This document shows, in pieces, positions 17,092-26,950 of a stretch of DNA of 64,000 nt. The DNA comes from an uncultured Aminicenantes bacterium (lineage in GTDB: Bacteria; Acidobacteriota; Aminicenantia; UBA2199). Below the pieces are notes generated by a model. The model ran no database searches and was not told the DNA's origin. It worked only from the letters and a program-made list of their open reading frames with translations. Each line of letters starts with the position of its first letter. Within the stretch, counting starts at the first letter, position 1. The translations under genes were made by a program, and so were the position numbers. The stretch covers positions 4,371-68,370 of the forward strand of contig CBDAFS010000031.1 in the NCBI GenBank assembly GCA_965195285.1, read 5' to 3'.

Positions 17092-17127
17092 ATAATAAAA
17101 CTTTAATCTTTTGATGTATATCTAATC

Positions 17128-18600
17128 TTATTCTTTTGTTCCTTTTTTCTCTATCATTGTTTCAATATTGGCTGCAATTCTGTGTATACTCATTCCTACA
17201 ATAGCAAATCCAAAATTCAGAAAAACACCGGTGTTAAGAAAGTATAAATAGCCAATATATCCCAAGCCAACCAAAATAATGAGAGATACAAGAACCTGAG
17301 CCAATAGTGATGATAGGTATAAAAATGCATAGGCAGCCAAAATAATAACAATTATTTCAAATAAAAGATTTATCCATCGTGGAGGTGGGGTTGGTTGTTT
17401 TTTGGTTAAGATTGTGTTTATGGCATTTCCAAGAATGTAAATTCCAGCCATTTCTCCAACAGGGGTTTGATGGATATCTCCAACATCCGGGCTTGAATTT
17501 CCGATAATTATGATTTTCTTTTTGATGAAATCCTTATAATATGGTAATTGATCAAACTTGATGTTAATCTGAAAAAGATTTCCTTTACTTAAATCAGTTA
17601 TTGTTTGATCTTGGTTTCTAAATTGGGAAGGAATTAATGAATAGCGAATTCTTTGCAAATATATAAAGTGTTTGTCATCAGTAACTTTTATTGTTTTTCC
17701 ATTTCGAAGAGTTATTGTTGATTTAAAACTTTTAAATCTATTCTGATTTGATGATAATATCTCTTTTTCCAAATCGAATAAAACATTAATATTTCCATCG
17801 ATAGCAAGTAATACAGTTAAGATGGGAATGCCCCATAGTATTTTCTTTGATCCATTGTTATCCACATAGGTGCTGTATAGATTCCAGTAACGGACAATGT
17901 CATCTCTGTGAGTTGCAGATACCCTGGGAACAACTCTGTAAAATTTCCTGATATTATTGTTATAGTTTATTCCTTCCTCAAATAGATCGCTATATTGATT
18001 CTTTTTGAGATCACACTGGACGCCAATTCTTTGGGGGAATATGATTTTTGTTATGTTATTTTTATTATCATGAAGGATATTTTCAAGGACACTTCGCAAT
18101 TTCTGATCAGCGTCTTTATCACTGGATTTATCTTCTAATAATATATCTAATATAATCACTTTTGCCATACCTTGATAGGCAGTTTCCAGAATCGAAGCAA
18201 GTTTATCCCTTGGAGTAATTAATGGTTCTCCCCAGTCTTGATAGGTTTCATGATCAATATCAACAAACAATATTGGAGATGTCTTTATTTTTTGTTTTTC
18301 TTGAACTGCTTCTTTGGCTTCAGCTCTAATAAAATGATCAAATAATTTATCAATAATGCTTTCCCCTAGACTTGTATGTTCCAAATAGTGCATGGATAAA
18401 GCAATAACGATACCTATTATGATATTTATAAAAAAATGGATTCTTTTCTTTTTATTGAACTTGAAAAAGTTAAATGCATTATTAAATCCTTTGGAAATAA
18501 ATACAATAGTTTGAATAATTTTTCTTAGTAGGGAGGAAATAGTTTTAATACCTTGTCTTATTATTCCTCTTGATGAGGGAACTTTATTTTTTTGATTCAT
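17128..18600 (-). CDS. Stand-alone CHASE2-domain membrane protein (no output domain)
   Basis: 490-aa ORF. TM1 is IHFFINIIIGIVIALSMHYL. CHASE2-type motifs follow (ILFVDIDHETYQDWGEPL, VIILDILLED, IVRYWNL, KIIIIGNSSPDVGDIHQTPVGEMAGIYILGNAINT). There are three C-terminal TM helices, and the protein ends about 25 aa after the last one. Confidence 0.8.
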   Translation of the reverse strand: MNQKNKVPSSRGIIRQGIKTISSLLRKIIQTIVFISKGFNNAFNFFKFNKKKRIHFFINIIIGIVIALSMHYLEHTSLGESIIDKLFDHFIRAEAKEAVQEKQKIKTSPILFVDIDHETYQDWGEPLITPRDKLASILETAYQGMAKVIILDILLEDKSSDKDADQKLRSVLENILHDNKNNITKIIFPQRIGVQCDLKKNQYSDLFEEGINYNNNIRKFYRVVPRVSATHRDDIVRYWNLYSTYVDNNGSKKILWGIPILTVLLAIDGNINVLFDLEKEILSSNQNRFKSFKSTITLRNGKTIKVTDDKHFIYLQRIRYSLIPSQFRNQDQTITDLSKGNLFQINIKFDQLPYYKDFIKKKIIIIGNSSPDVGDIHQTPVGEMAGIYILGNAINTILTKKQPTPPPRWINLLFEIIVIILAAYAFLYLSSLLAQVLVSLIILVGLGYIGYLYFLNTGVFLNFGFAIVGMSIHRIAANIETMIEKKGTKE

Positions 18601-18611
18601 AATTTAAAAAT

Positions 18612-19580
18612 TTATTTTAATTGATGATTTATCATCTGTTGTTCCAAATGATTGTAATAATGCATAATCAAGATGATAAAAAGCTTTTTATTGTCATCTT
18701 GAAGTGATTTTCTATCCATTTCGTTTAGAATTAAATAACTCTTCCAATATAAATCAAATTCAGTGGGGTAAGTATCACTTATAAATTGTAAATATGATGC
18801 TCTTTTAAGCTTCTTTATAGTATCGTTCGATTCTTTATTTCCAATAGACAAAAGATCCTTTTTTATCAAATCTGATTGAGATTTGTCTAAAATTTTTAAA
18901 TAGTATTTATCAGTTTTTTCAATAGAATCTTTTTTGGTAACTTCCCAGGAGTAGATCCCTGAAGTTTTCAATTTTAATTCAACTACATTAGTTTTTATTG
19001 ATTTATGACCTTTTGTTGGAGTACTAAATTTAATTGTATCTGAATTATCTTTAATTACTATTTCTTCTGTATCATTATTATCCCAGGCAAATGTAATGGT
19101 ACTATCTGGCAGTAATGTTGCCCAATACCCAGGTTGAGGGAAAAAAGGTTCATCCTCCGCATTAATAATATCGTTTTCGCTCCTTGTGGCAAGGTTTCTT
19201 TTTTTATATCTTTCTTTTTCAAAGCCAATAAAAGAAGCAAGTTTTTTTAGGAATCCTTTTTTATCTTTAGGAGGATTATTTAAAATAATTATGGTTTTAG
19301 CATTTACTTTTTTTATTGATGTAAAAGGAGAAAGTTTTATCTTTAAGTTTTGGATCCCACTTTTTTGATAAATCTTATCGCCTTCAAAAAGTTCAGTCAT
19401 AGGTTCAGCCTTAAATTTTAAATTATTGGATCTCTGAACAACACAGTCTTTATCAAAACCACCCAGAAGTAAGGCAATTGGGTTTTTCGCATGAATTTCG
19501 GCACCTTGAATTATAAAAAAATAAAAAAATATTAAAATTAGATATAATTTATTTGATTTTTTTAAGAATGACTTATTCAT
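18612..19580 (-). CDS. Secreted hypothetical protein, N-terminal FecR-like beta-sandwich region (tentative)
   Basis: 322-aa ORF with RBS AAGGAGAGGAG and signal peptide LYLILIFFYFFIIQGAEIHA. The segment VVQRSNNLKFKAEPMTELFEGDKIYQKSGIQNLKIKLSPFTSIKKV resembles the FecR pattern. Sits 11 nt upstream of the CHASE2 gene on the same strand. Confidence 0.6.
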   Translation of the reverse strand: MNKSFLKKSNKLYLILIFFYFFIIQGAEIHAKNPIALLLGGFDKDCVVQRSNNLKFKAEPMTELFEGDKIYQKSGIQNLKIKLSPFTSIKKVNAKTIIILNNPPKDKKGFLKKLASFIGFEKERYKKRNLATRSENDIINAEDEPFFPQPGYWATLLPDSTITFAWDNNDTEEIVIKDNSDTIKFSTPTKGHKSIKTNVVELKLKTSGIYSWEVTKKDSIEKTDKYYLKILDKSQSDLIKKDLLSIGNKESNDTIKKLKRASYLQFISDTYPTEFDLYWKSYLILNEMDRKSLQDDNKKLFIILIMHYYNHLEQQMINHQLK

Positions 19581-19599
19581 TTCTCCTCTCCTTAACTAC

Positions 19600-19628
19600 A
19601 TTCTAAAAAAAATGATTAAATATTTCAA
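19600..19628 (-). promoter_or_regulatory. Sigma-70-type promoter (TTGAAA-N17-TAGAAT) for the FecR-like/CHASE2 operon
   Basis: Minus strand reads TTGAAA (19628-19623), a 17-nt spacer, then TAGAAT (19605-19600). About 20 nt upstream of the RBS. Confidence 0.5.
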
Positions 19629-19881
19629 TACTTAATAGTAATAATGTCTGAACTATAGAATAGCCAAGTTTTTTCTTGAAATAAATATTTATTTTTTATA
19701 TAAGAAACCTTATCTAAGCCTTTTAAACAAATAGTTTATCATGTGTCATATCTTTACCATGTCTATTAAGAATATTTAAAAAGATAAGGATCAAATCTTT
19801 GTTATTGAAAAAGGCTTGGGAAAGATTATCAGGCAACAAATAGAAATGTGTAAAGATTGGGCATACGGTGGGAATTGGAAT

Positions 19882-22800
19882 TTACATGTTGCGGCGGTAC
19901 TGGCCGCCCACCCGGTAGAGGGCATTGGTGATCTGGCCCAGGGAGCAGCACTTGCTCGCTTCCATCAGCTTTTCAAATATATTCTGATTCTTTTTTACCA
20001 CTCCCTGCAATTCGGCCAGCAGTTTCGGGGTGTTGTCGGCGTGTTTTTTTTGCAGGTGATCCAGCATGCGGATCTGGTATTTTTTTTCGGTTTCCGTGGC
20101 CCGGATCACTTCCTTGGGCATGATGGTGGGCGAACCCTCGGATGACAGAAAGGTGTTCACCCCGATGATGGGATATTCACCGGTCTGTTTCCGGTCTTCG
20201 TAATACAGGGATTCTTCCTGGATTCTGGACCGCTGGTAATTGGTCTCCATGGCCCCCAGCACTCCGCCCCGATCAGAAATGCGTTCAAATTCCGAAAGGA
20301 CTGCCTCTTCAACCAGGTCGGTCAGTGCTTCGATGATGAAGGAGCCCTGCAAAGGATTCTGGTTTTTGGTCAGACCGTATTCCCGGTTTATGATCAGCTG
20401 GATGGCAATGGCCCGGCGAACCGATTCCTCGGTGGGGGTGGTAATGGCCTCATCGTAGGCATTGGTATGAAGCGAATTGCAGTTGTCATAGACGGCATAC
20501 AGGGCTTGCAGGGTGGTGCGGATATCATTGAAATTGATTTCCTGGGCATGCAGGGATCGGCCCGAGGTCTGGATATGGTACTTGAGCAGCTGGGAGCGCT
20601 TGTCGGCATGGTATTTCAATTTCATGGCCTTGGCCCAGATGCGCCTGGCCACCCGTCCGATCACCGCATATTCGGCATCGATGCCGTTGGAGAAAAAGAA
20701 GGAGAGGTTGGGACCGAACCGGTTGATATCCATTCCCCGGGACAGGTAGTATTCCACATAGGTGAATCCGTTGGACAGGGTCAGGGCAAGCTGGGTAATA
20801 GGATTGGCCCCGGCCTCATCGATATGGTAACCGGAGATTGAAACCGAGTAAAAATTCCGGACATTATGATCGATAAAATATTCCTGGACATCACCCATCA
20901 GTTTCAGGGCAAATTCAGTGGAAAAGATACAGGTGTTCTGGGCCTGGTCTTCCTTAAGGATATCGGCCTGAACCGTACCCCGGACTCTGGAGATGGCCTC
21001 TTTCTTAATGTTTTCATAGATATCACGGGGAAGCACCTGGTCACCGGTAACCCCGAGCAGCATCAATCCCAGTCCGTTGTGTCCCCGGGGCAGCTTGCCC
21101 TGGTATTCGGGACGGGGCAGGCCTTTTTTCTGATAAATGGAATTTATTTTCTTCTGGACTTGTTTTTCCAGGCCGTTCTTTTTGATATGGACTTCACACT
21201 CCTGGTCAATGACCGCATTCATGAAAAAACCGGCCATAATGGCTGCCGGCCCGTTGATGGTCATGGAAACCGAGCTGCTGGAATCGGTCAGCCGGAAACC
21301 GGAATAGAGTTTCTTGGCATCATCCAGGCAGCAGATTGAAACACCCGAATTACCGATTTTGCCGTAAATATCCGGCCGTTGGGCCGGGTCCTCTCCGTAG
21401 AGGGTTACCGAATCAAAGGCAGTAGACAGGCGAACAGCCGGCTGGCCGGCTGACACATAGTGAAAACGCTTGTTTGTACGCTCCGGTCCACCCTCGCCGG
21501 CAAACATTCGGGTCGGGTCTTCTCCCTCCCGTTTAAAGGGAAACACGCCGGCCGTGTAGGGGAATTCCCCGGGCACGTTTTCCTGCAAATTCCATTTCAG
21601 GATGTCTCCCCAGGCCCGGTAGCGGGGCAGGCTGATCTTGGGGATCCGGGTGTGGGAAAGGGTTTCGGTATGGGTGGCGATTTTTAATTTTTGATCCCGG
21701 ACCTGAAAGTGGAAATATTCACCCTGGTAGGCCCGGATCTTCTTCTGCCAGTTTTTCAGGACTTCCCGGTTCTCGGAACTGAGGCCGGATTCGAATTTTT
21801 TGTAAAGAGCTGACAGGTGTTTTTCAAGGGAATTCTCGTCCTGTGAGCCGGATTCCTTCAGGGCTTCCCGGGATTGATGAATCCCGTAGAGTTTTTGAGC
21901 AATGTCGCTCTGTTCGGTTGCCCAGTCGTTGTATTTTTGAATTGAATCCACAATTTCGGACAGGTAGCGGGAGCGATTGGAGGGAATGATGGATATCCGG
22001 TCGGATATCTCTGCTTTCGGGTCATAGCCGGTTTTTAAACCGGTCCCGGTTTTTTCCACCAGTTTGTCCAGAGTGGTCCGGTAAAGGGTGTTGATTCCCG
22101 GATCGTAAAAATGCGAGGCAATGGTGCCAAAAACCGGGAGTTGTTCATCCCCGGTATCCCAGTTGCTGTGATTTCTCCGGTATTGCTTCCGCACATCCCG
22201 CAGCGCGTCCAGGGCACCCCGCTTGTCGAATTTATTGATGGCAATGATGTTGGCAAAATCCAGCATGTCGATTTTTTCCAGCTGGGTGCTGGCCCCATAC
22301 TCAGGGGTCATGACATACAGGCAGAGGTCGGCATAATCAGTGATTTCCGAATCGGATTGGCCGATGCCCGATGTTTCCAGGATGATTAAATCAAAGGCAG
22401 CGGCCTTTAATATATTTATTGCTTCCCGAATATGTCTGGACATGGCAATATTGGACTGACGGGTGGCCAAAGAGCGCATGTAAACCCGGTCGGATTCGAT
22501 GCTGTTCATGCGGATGCGGTCGGCCAGCAGGGCGCCGCCGGTCTTGCGTTTGGTGGGATCCACCGAAACAATGGCCACGGTTTTCTCCCGAAAATCATTT
22601 AAAAACCGGTTAACCAGTTCATCGATCAGGGATGATTTTCCCGAACCGCCGGTGCCGGTTATACCCAGAACCGGAACCGATGTTTTGGATGATATTTTTT
22701 TTATTTCATCGAAAATGGTTTTGTTTTTCTCCGGAAAATTTTCCGCGGCTGAGATGAGGCGGGCAATGGTCCGGGGATTTTTTTTCTTCAGATTTTCCAG

Positions 22801-23265
22801 ATAAGGTCTGATACCGGTCCCGGTGGGGAAATCACAGCGGGAGAGCATGTCATTGATCATGCCCTGGAGGCCCATTTCCCGGCCGTCATCCGGGGAATAA
22901 ATGCGTTCGATTCCGTATTGCTGGAGCTCTTTGATCTCATCGGGCAGAATGACTCCACCCCCGCCGGCAAAAATCCGTATTTGTTCCGAATTCGCTTGCT
23001 TGAGCATATCAACCATATATTTAAGGAATTCGATGTGCCCCCCCTGATAGGAAGTGATGCCAATGGCCTGGGCATCCTCCTGGATGGCACAATCCACGAT
23101 TTCCTTTACCGAACGGTTGTGTCCCAGGTGAATCACTTCACAACCCGAAGACTGGATGACGCGGCGCATGATATTGATGGCGGCATCGTGTCCATCAAAG
23201 AGCGAAGCAGCGGTAACCACCCGGACCTTGTTTTTCAATTTATAAATGTCTTGGGCTTTTTTCAT
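19882..23265 (-). CDS. icmF: Fused isobutyryl-CoA mutase (B12-binding domain, MeaB-like GTPase and mutase catalytic domain)
   Basis: ORF open to 23469, but it overlaps the upstream gene. ATG 23265 gives [30 protein letters not shown] (B12 domain), the P-loop [17 protein letters not shown], then a long methylmalonyl-CoA-mutase-like catalytic region. About 1127 aa, consistent with IcmF. Confidence 0.85.
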   Translation of the reverse strand: MKKAQDIYKLKNKVRVVTAASLFDGHDAAINIMRRVIQSSGCEVIHLGHNRSVKEIVDCAIQEDAQAIGITSYQGGHIEFLKYMVDMLKQANSEQIRIFAGGGGVILPDEIKELQQYGIERIYSPDDGREMGLQGMINDMLSRCDFPTGTGIRPYLENLKKKNPRTIARLISAAENFPEKNKTIFDEIKKISSKTSVPVLGITGTGGSGKSSLIDELVNRFLNDFREKTVAIVSVDPTKRKTGGALLADRIRMNSIESDRVYMRSLATRQSNIAMSRHIREAINILKAAAFDLIILETSGIGQSDSEITDYADLCLYVMTPEYGASTQLEKIDMLDFANIIAINKFDKRGALDALRDVRKQYRRNHSNWDTGDEQLPVFGTIASHFYDPGINTLYRTTLDKLVEKTGTGLKTGYDPKAEISDRISIIPSNRSRYLSEIVDSIQKYNDWATEQSDIAQKLYGIHQSREALKESGSQDENSLEKHLSALYKKFESGLSSENREVLKNWQKKIRAYQGEYFHFQVRDQKLKIATHTETLSHTRIPKISLPRYRAWGDILKWNLQENVPGEFPYTAGVFPFKREGEDPTRMFAGEGGPERTNKRFHYVSAGQPAVRLSTAFDSVTLYGEDPAQRPDIYGKIGNSGVSICCLDDAKKLYSGFRLTDSSSSVSMTINGPAAIMAGFFMNAVIDQECEVHIKKNGLEKQVQKKINSIYQKKGLPRPEYQGKLPRGHNGLGLMLLGVTGDQVLPRDIYENIKKEAISRVRGTVQADILKEDQAQNTCIFSTEFALKLMGDVQEYFIDHNVRNFYSVSISGYHIDEAGANPITQLALTLSNGFTYVEYYLSRGMDINRFGPNLSFFFSNGIDAEYAVIGRVARRIWAKAMKLKYHADKRSQLLKYHIQTSGRSLHAQEINFNDIRTTLQALYAVYDNCNSLHTNAYDEAITTPTEESVRRAIAIQLIINREYGLTKNQNPLQGSFIIEALTDLVEEAVLSEFERISDRGGVLGAMETNYQRSRIQEESLYYEDRKQTGEYPIIGVNTFLSSEGSPTIMPKEVIRATETEKKYQIRMLDHLQKKHADNTPKLLAELQGVVKKNQNIFEKLMEASKCCSLGQITNALYRVGGQYRRNM

Positions 23266-23275
23266 ATTCAGTCCA

Positions 23276-24028
23276 TTATTTCTTGATTGAAAAACGCCAG
23301 GCGCAGTACCATTCTTCCGGATGGGGATCCGGAGGGCAACTGATGCAGCTGGTCCGAATCCGGGAATCGATGGATTCGGCAAAAGTAGTATATTCGATAA
23401 TGCCGGCAGACTTGCAGGGATAATCGGAGAGGCCCTTTCGCTTGCGGGCAGACTGCACCCGACAGTCATTCATTTGAAAAACAAAATCATTTCCGGTTTC
23501 TTCGGAAACGGATTGCTGGTTGATGGCCGCATACAGGCGGAATTCCAGTGCTTTTTTCAGCCCGTCCAGTCCGGGGTTGTCCGGCAGCTTTAGATATTGT
23601 TTGATGGACCAGGCTTCAAAGGGAGAAAAATGCGACCAACAGGAGTCATTGCATTTTTTGGCCTCTGTCATATCCATGGAGAATTCTACGGCCTGAAACC
23701 AGACACCGTCATTGGCCAGCCAGTTCACTGCTATGGTTTTTTTGAGTTCATCGAGTTTTTCCGGAGATAGATTCAGGAGCGGAGCGGGGATATTTTTCTC
23801 CAGATCAAATCCCAGGGTCTTGGACAGTTTACGCATCTGGATTTCAGAGCTGCGCTCATAAACCATTTTTAATATTTCCTGGGCTTTTTCCCGGCCCAGA
23901 TGCTGCTGAACTTCTCCATACCACATGGCATGGTGCATCATGAGGCGGTGAATAAAGTCCATGGTTAAACGAGCATTATCGCGGTGGTTCAGATTTCCGT
24001 CTGACCGGTTGGTTTCTTGAGTTGACAC
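23276..24028 (-). CDS. Conserved hypothetical protein with Cys-rich C-terminus
   Basis: ORF 23276..24040. GTG 24028 is preceded by GGGAGG. The C-terminal pattern is C..x..C..x..[19 protein letters not shown]. Wedged between an acyl-CoA dehydrogenase and icmF with 10-21-nt gaps. Family not recognised with confidence. Confidence 0.7.
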   Translation of the reverse strand: MSTQETNRSDGNLNHRDNARLTMDFIHRLMMHHAMWYGEVQQHLGREKAQEILKMVYERSSEIQMRKLSKTLGFDLEKNIPAPLLNLSPEKLDELKKTIAVNWLANDGVWFQAVEFSMDMTEAKKCNDSCWSHFSPFEAWSIKQYLKLPDNPGLDGLKKALEFRLYAAINQQSVSEETGNDFVFQMNDCRVQSARKRKGLSDYPCKSAGIIEYTTFAESIDSRIRTSCISCPPDPHPEEWYCAWRFSIKK

Positions 24029-24049
24029 TATTCCTCCCAAAAGGGTTGC

Positions 24050-25189
24050 TTATTTCAGCACATTGGCAGATATAACCAGTCTCATAATTTCACTGGTGCC
24101 TTCGTATATTTCGGTGATCTTGGCATCCCTCAGATATCGCTCCACATCAAATTCGGTGGTGTAACCGTACCCCCCGTGAATCTGGATGGCTTTGGCCGCA
24201 CAGAACGATGCTACTTCCGAGGCTTTTAATTTGGCCATGGCCGCTTCCTTGGAATAGGACAGGCCCTTGTCCTTCATCAGAGAGGCCCGGTAGGTCAGTA
24301 GCCAGGCAGCCTCGTATTCGGTGCACATGTCGGCAATCATCCACTGGATGGCCTGAAAATTGGCAATGGGCTGGTCGAATTGTTCCCTCTCCTTGGCAAA
24401 CTTGATGGAGTCGTCAATCGATGCCCGGGCAATTCCCAGGGCCTGGCTGGCAATACCCAGCCGGCCGCCGTCCAGGGTAACCATGGATATCTTGAATCCC
24501 TTATTGACCTCTCCCAGCAGGTTTTCTTTGCCGAGTTTGCAATCCTCCAGGATGAATTCAGCGGTGGAGGTGGATTTGATGCCCAGTTTATGTTCCAGTT
24601 TTCCCACCGTGAATCCGGGCGTTCCCTTCTCAATGATAAAGGCCGAAATTCCCCTGGTTTTCTGAGCCGGATCGGTGGAGGCGATGACCACTGATACTTC
24701 AGCTTCATTGCCGTTGGTGGTAAACTGCTTGGTGCCGTTCAATACCCACTGGTCTCCTTCCAGTTTGGCCGTGGTCTTGGTGGCACCGGCATCCGATCCG
24801 GCGCCGGATTCGGTCAGGGCCAGGCATCCGATCTTTTTTCCCTGACAGAGGTCAGGCATGTATTTTTTTTTCTGCTCCTCGGTTCCGAATCTGAATATCG
24901 GATCCACACACAGGGATGAATGAGCGGAGACGATCACCCCGGTGGAGGCGCAGTATCTTGAGATTTGCTCGATGGCCAGCATGTAACTCACAAAGTCCAT
25001 GCCAGCTCCCCCATACTCTGGAGGGTAAGCCACTCCCATCAAGCCCAGCTCTCCGGCTTTTTTGACGATATCCTCGGGGAATATTCCCTTTTCCTGGTTT
25101 TCTCTGGCCTGGGGACCGATCTCTTCTCTGGAGAATTTTTCAACCATATCCCTGATCATTTTTTGTTCATCGGTAAGTAAATAATCCAT
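24050..25189 (-). CDS. Acyl-CoA dehydrogenase (short/branched-chain type)
   Basis: 379-aa ORF with typical ACAD motifs (ALTESGAGSD, QIHGGYGYTTEFDVERYLRDAKITEIYEGTSEI). Confidence 0.9.
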   Translation of the reverse strand: MDYLLTDEQKMIRDMVEKFSREEIGPQARENQEKGIFPEDIVKKAGELGLMGVAYPPEYGGAGMDFVSYMLAIEQISRYCASTGVIVSAHSSLCVDPIFRFGTEEQKKKYMPDLCQGKKIGCLALTESGAGSDAGATKTTAKLEGDQWVLNGTKQFTTNGNEAEVSVVIASTDPAQKTRGISAFIIEKGTPGFTVGKLEHKLGIKSTSTAEFILEDCKLGKENLLGEVNKGFKISMVTLDGGRLGIASQALGIARASIDDSIKFAKEREQFDQPIANFQAIQWMIADMCTEYEAAWLLTYRASLMKDKGLSYSKEAAMAKLKASEVASFCAAKAIQIHGGYGYTTEFDVERYLRDAKITEIYEGTSEIMRLVISANVLK

Positions 25190-25356
25190 GATTCATGCTC
25201 CTTAATCCTAATTTTGTGTCAAAAAAAACTACGGTTAAAAAACGATCTTAATATAAAGTGTACCCAATTTTTAGAAGAAATGCAACACGGGTCAGGCCCG
25301 GTTCTGATTGGAGTCGGACCGGTGATGTTCCCTCGTTTCCGGACTTAAAACGGTTA

Positions 25357-25385
25357 TTGACAATCCTGACTTTGTATGCTATAGA
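25357..25385 (+). promoter_or_regulatory. Sigma-70-type promoter candidate (TTGACA-N17-TATAGA) with a ~165-nt leader before the hydroxyacyl-CoA dehydrogenase gene
   Basis: TTGACA at 25357-25362, a 17-nt spacer, then TATAGA at 25380-25385. The leader contains two copies of AAATAGATAT (25469-25478 and 25500-25509). Confidence 0.45.
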
Positions 25386-25554
25386 ATTTATTTGCTGCTG
25401 AAGCCGGTCCGAATGGAATTGAGTTGGGAGTTGAATGATTTTTAAGTAAAATTCAGTCATTGTTGTTCAAATAGATATTTCTTTGATGATCATTTTGAAA
25501 AATAGATATGAAAATATTTGGTTGCTAGAAAAAGTAACATTTTAGGAGGTGAGC

Positions 25555-26883
25555 ATGAATCTTGATGATTTACTGGAAAATGTTTCCGTAATCGGAGCAG
25601 CCGGTAAAATGGGGAGCGGGATTTCCACCCTGATTGCCCAGGAAGTTGCCGGTTTGAAAATTAAGAATCCGGATAAAATTTATCGGCTGAATCTCATTGA
25701 TGTCAATGAAGCGGGAGTTGACGGTTTGCAAAAATATATCAAAACCCAGCTCATCAAAGTTGCAGAGAAAACCATTGTTAGCCTGAGGCAGGCCTATGAA
25801 TCCAGAGAGGATCTGGTAGAAAACCAGGAGATTATTGATACCTTTGTGGATGAAGCACTCGGGATTCTGCGATTTGATACGGATATGAATCTGGCCCGCA
25901 ACTCCGGGCTGGTATTTGAGGCCATCATTGAAAATGAAGAACTGAAAATCAAGATACTCAAGCAGCTGGAACAGATATGCGGTGATCATACCCTCTTTAT
26001 GACCAATACCTCATCGATTCCCATCGGATTCCTGGATGAACAGGCCGGTCTGAAGGGAAGGATCATTGGTTATCATTTTTACAATCCCCCCATTGTACAG
26101 AAGTTGGTGGAAGTCATTTCCGCCGGGAATACCCGCCCCGAACTGAAGGACCTGGCCGATGAACTGGGAAAACGACTGAGAAAAAAATTGATTCCCTCCA
26201 ATGATATTGCCGGTTTTGTCGGCAACGGGCATTTTTCCCGGGATGGTCTGCTGGGAATTTCCGAACTGATGAAGATAAAAGCTGAACATTCTTTTGCCAG
26301 TGCCGTGTATATCATCAACCGGATTACCCAGGATTTTCTGGTGAGGCCCATGGGCATCTTCCAGCTGATCGATTATGTGGGCATTGATGTGTTTCAGAGC
26401 ATACTGAGGGTCATGGGCAAGCATCTGAATGACCCGGAGCTTCACAGTGACCTGATTGATGTCCTGATGGAGAAAAACATCCGGGGGGGTCAGCGGGGAG
26501 ACGGTTCTCAGAAAGACGGATTTTTTAAATATGAAAAAAACCGCCTGACTGCTATCTATGACCTTGATGAGGAAAAGTATGTTGAGGTTGAGACCCTGAA
26601 GGCCAAACTGGATGAAAAGCTCGGCGTATTGCCCGCAGAACATCTCCCCTGGAAAAAACTGGTCTCCAACCCGGAAAGGGAAACTCTGTTGAGTGCATAT
26701 TTTAAGAGGCTCCAGGAAATTGAGGGGTTGGGTGCGGAACTGGCTGTCCATTTTTTAAGACAGACCAAAAAAATCGGTGAACAATTGGTTGAGGATGGAG
26801 TGGCCGAGAATCAAAAGGATGTCAATGAAGTGCTGATAAACGGATTTTACTGGCTGTACGGCCCCATCAATGATTATGTGTGA
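25555..26883 (+). CDS. 3-hydroxyacyl-CoA dehydrogenase family protein (long form)
   Basis: ORF from GTG 25549. ATG 25555 lies 5 nt after AGGAGG. NAD-binding VSVIGAAGKMGSGIS and a downstream HFYNPP motif fit the 3HCDH family. Confidence 0.85.
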   Translation: MNLDDLLENVSVIGAAGKMGSGISTLIAQEVAGLKIKNPDKIYRLNLIDVNEAGVDGLQKYIKTQLIKVAEKTIVSLRQAYESREDLVENQEIIDTFVDEALGILRFDTDMNLARNSGLVFEAIIENEELKIKILKQLEQICGDHTLFMTNTSSIPIGFLDEQAGLKGRIIGYHFYNPPIVQKLVEVISAGNTRPELKDLADELGKRLRKKLIPSNDIAGFVGNGHFSRDGLLGISELMKIKAEHSFASAVYIINRITQDFLVRPMGIFQLIDYVGIDVFQSILRVMGKHLNDPELHSDLIDVLMEKNIRGGQRGDGSQKDGFFKYEKNRLTAIYDLDEEKYVEVETLKAKLDEKLGVLPAEHLPWKKLVSNPERETLLSAYFKRLQEIEGLGAELAVHFLRQTKKIGEQLVEDGVAENQKDVNEVLINGFYWLYGPINDYV

Positions 26884-26950
26884 TGAGTGTGGGCTCCCCA
26901 TTTTCCGGTCAAGGAGACCGATAGAACGAGAGTTCATGTATTAAGGAGGA

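Noticed and set aside
23266-23469. 68-codon N-terminal extension of the icmF ORF
   Set aside because: It overlaps the 3' end of the upstream gene, and its translation is Pro/Ser/Ala-rich with no homology pattern. The B12-binding domain begins right after ATG 23265.
25248-25460. 70-aa minus-strand ORF in the divergent promoter region between the acyl-CoA dehydrogenase and HADH genes
   Set aside because: It has no RBS and overlaps the predicted TTGACA/TATAGA promoter, and there is no supporting motif.
26011-26751. 246-aa ORF antisense to the hydroxyacyl-CoA dehydrogenase gene. Similar long antisense or alternate-frame ORFs occur at 27266-28075, 31442-32083, 43022-43420, 48252-48734, 49449-49955, 54824-55288, 56620-57120 and 63502-63972.
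   Set aside because: Each lies entirely inside a gene with clear family motifs on the other strand or frame. Their translations are low-complexity with no motifs or RBS, which is the typical shadow-ORF pattern.
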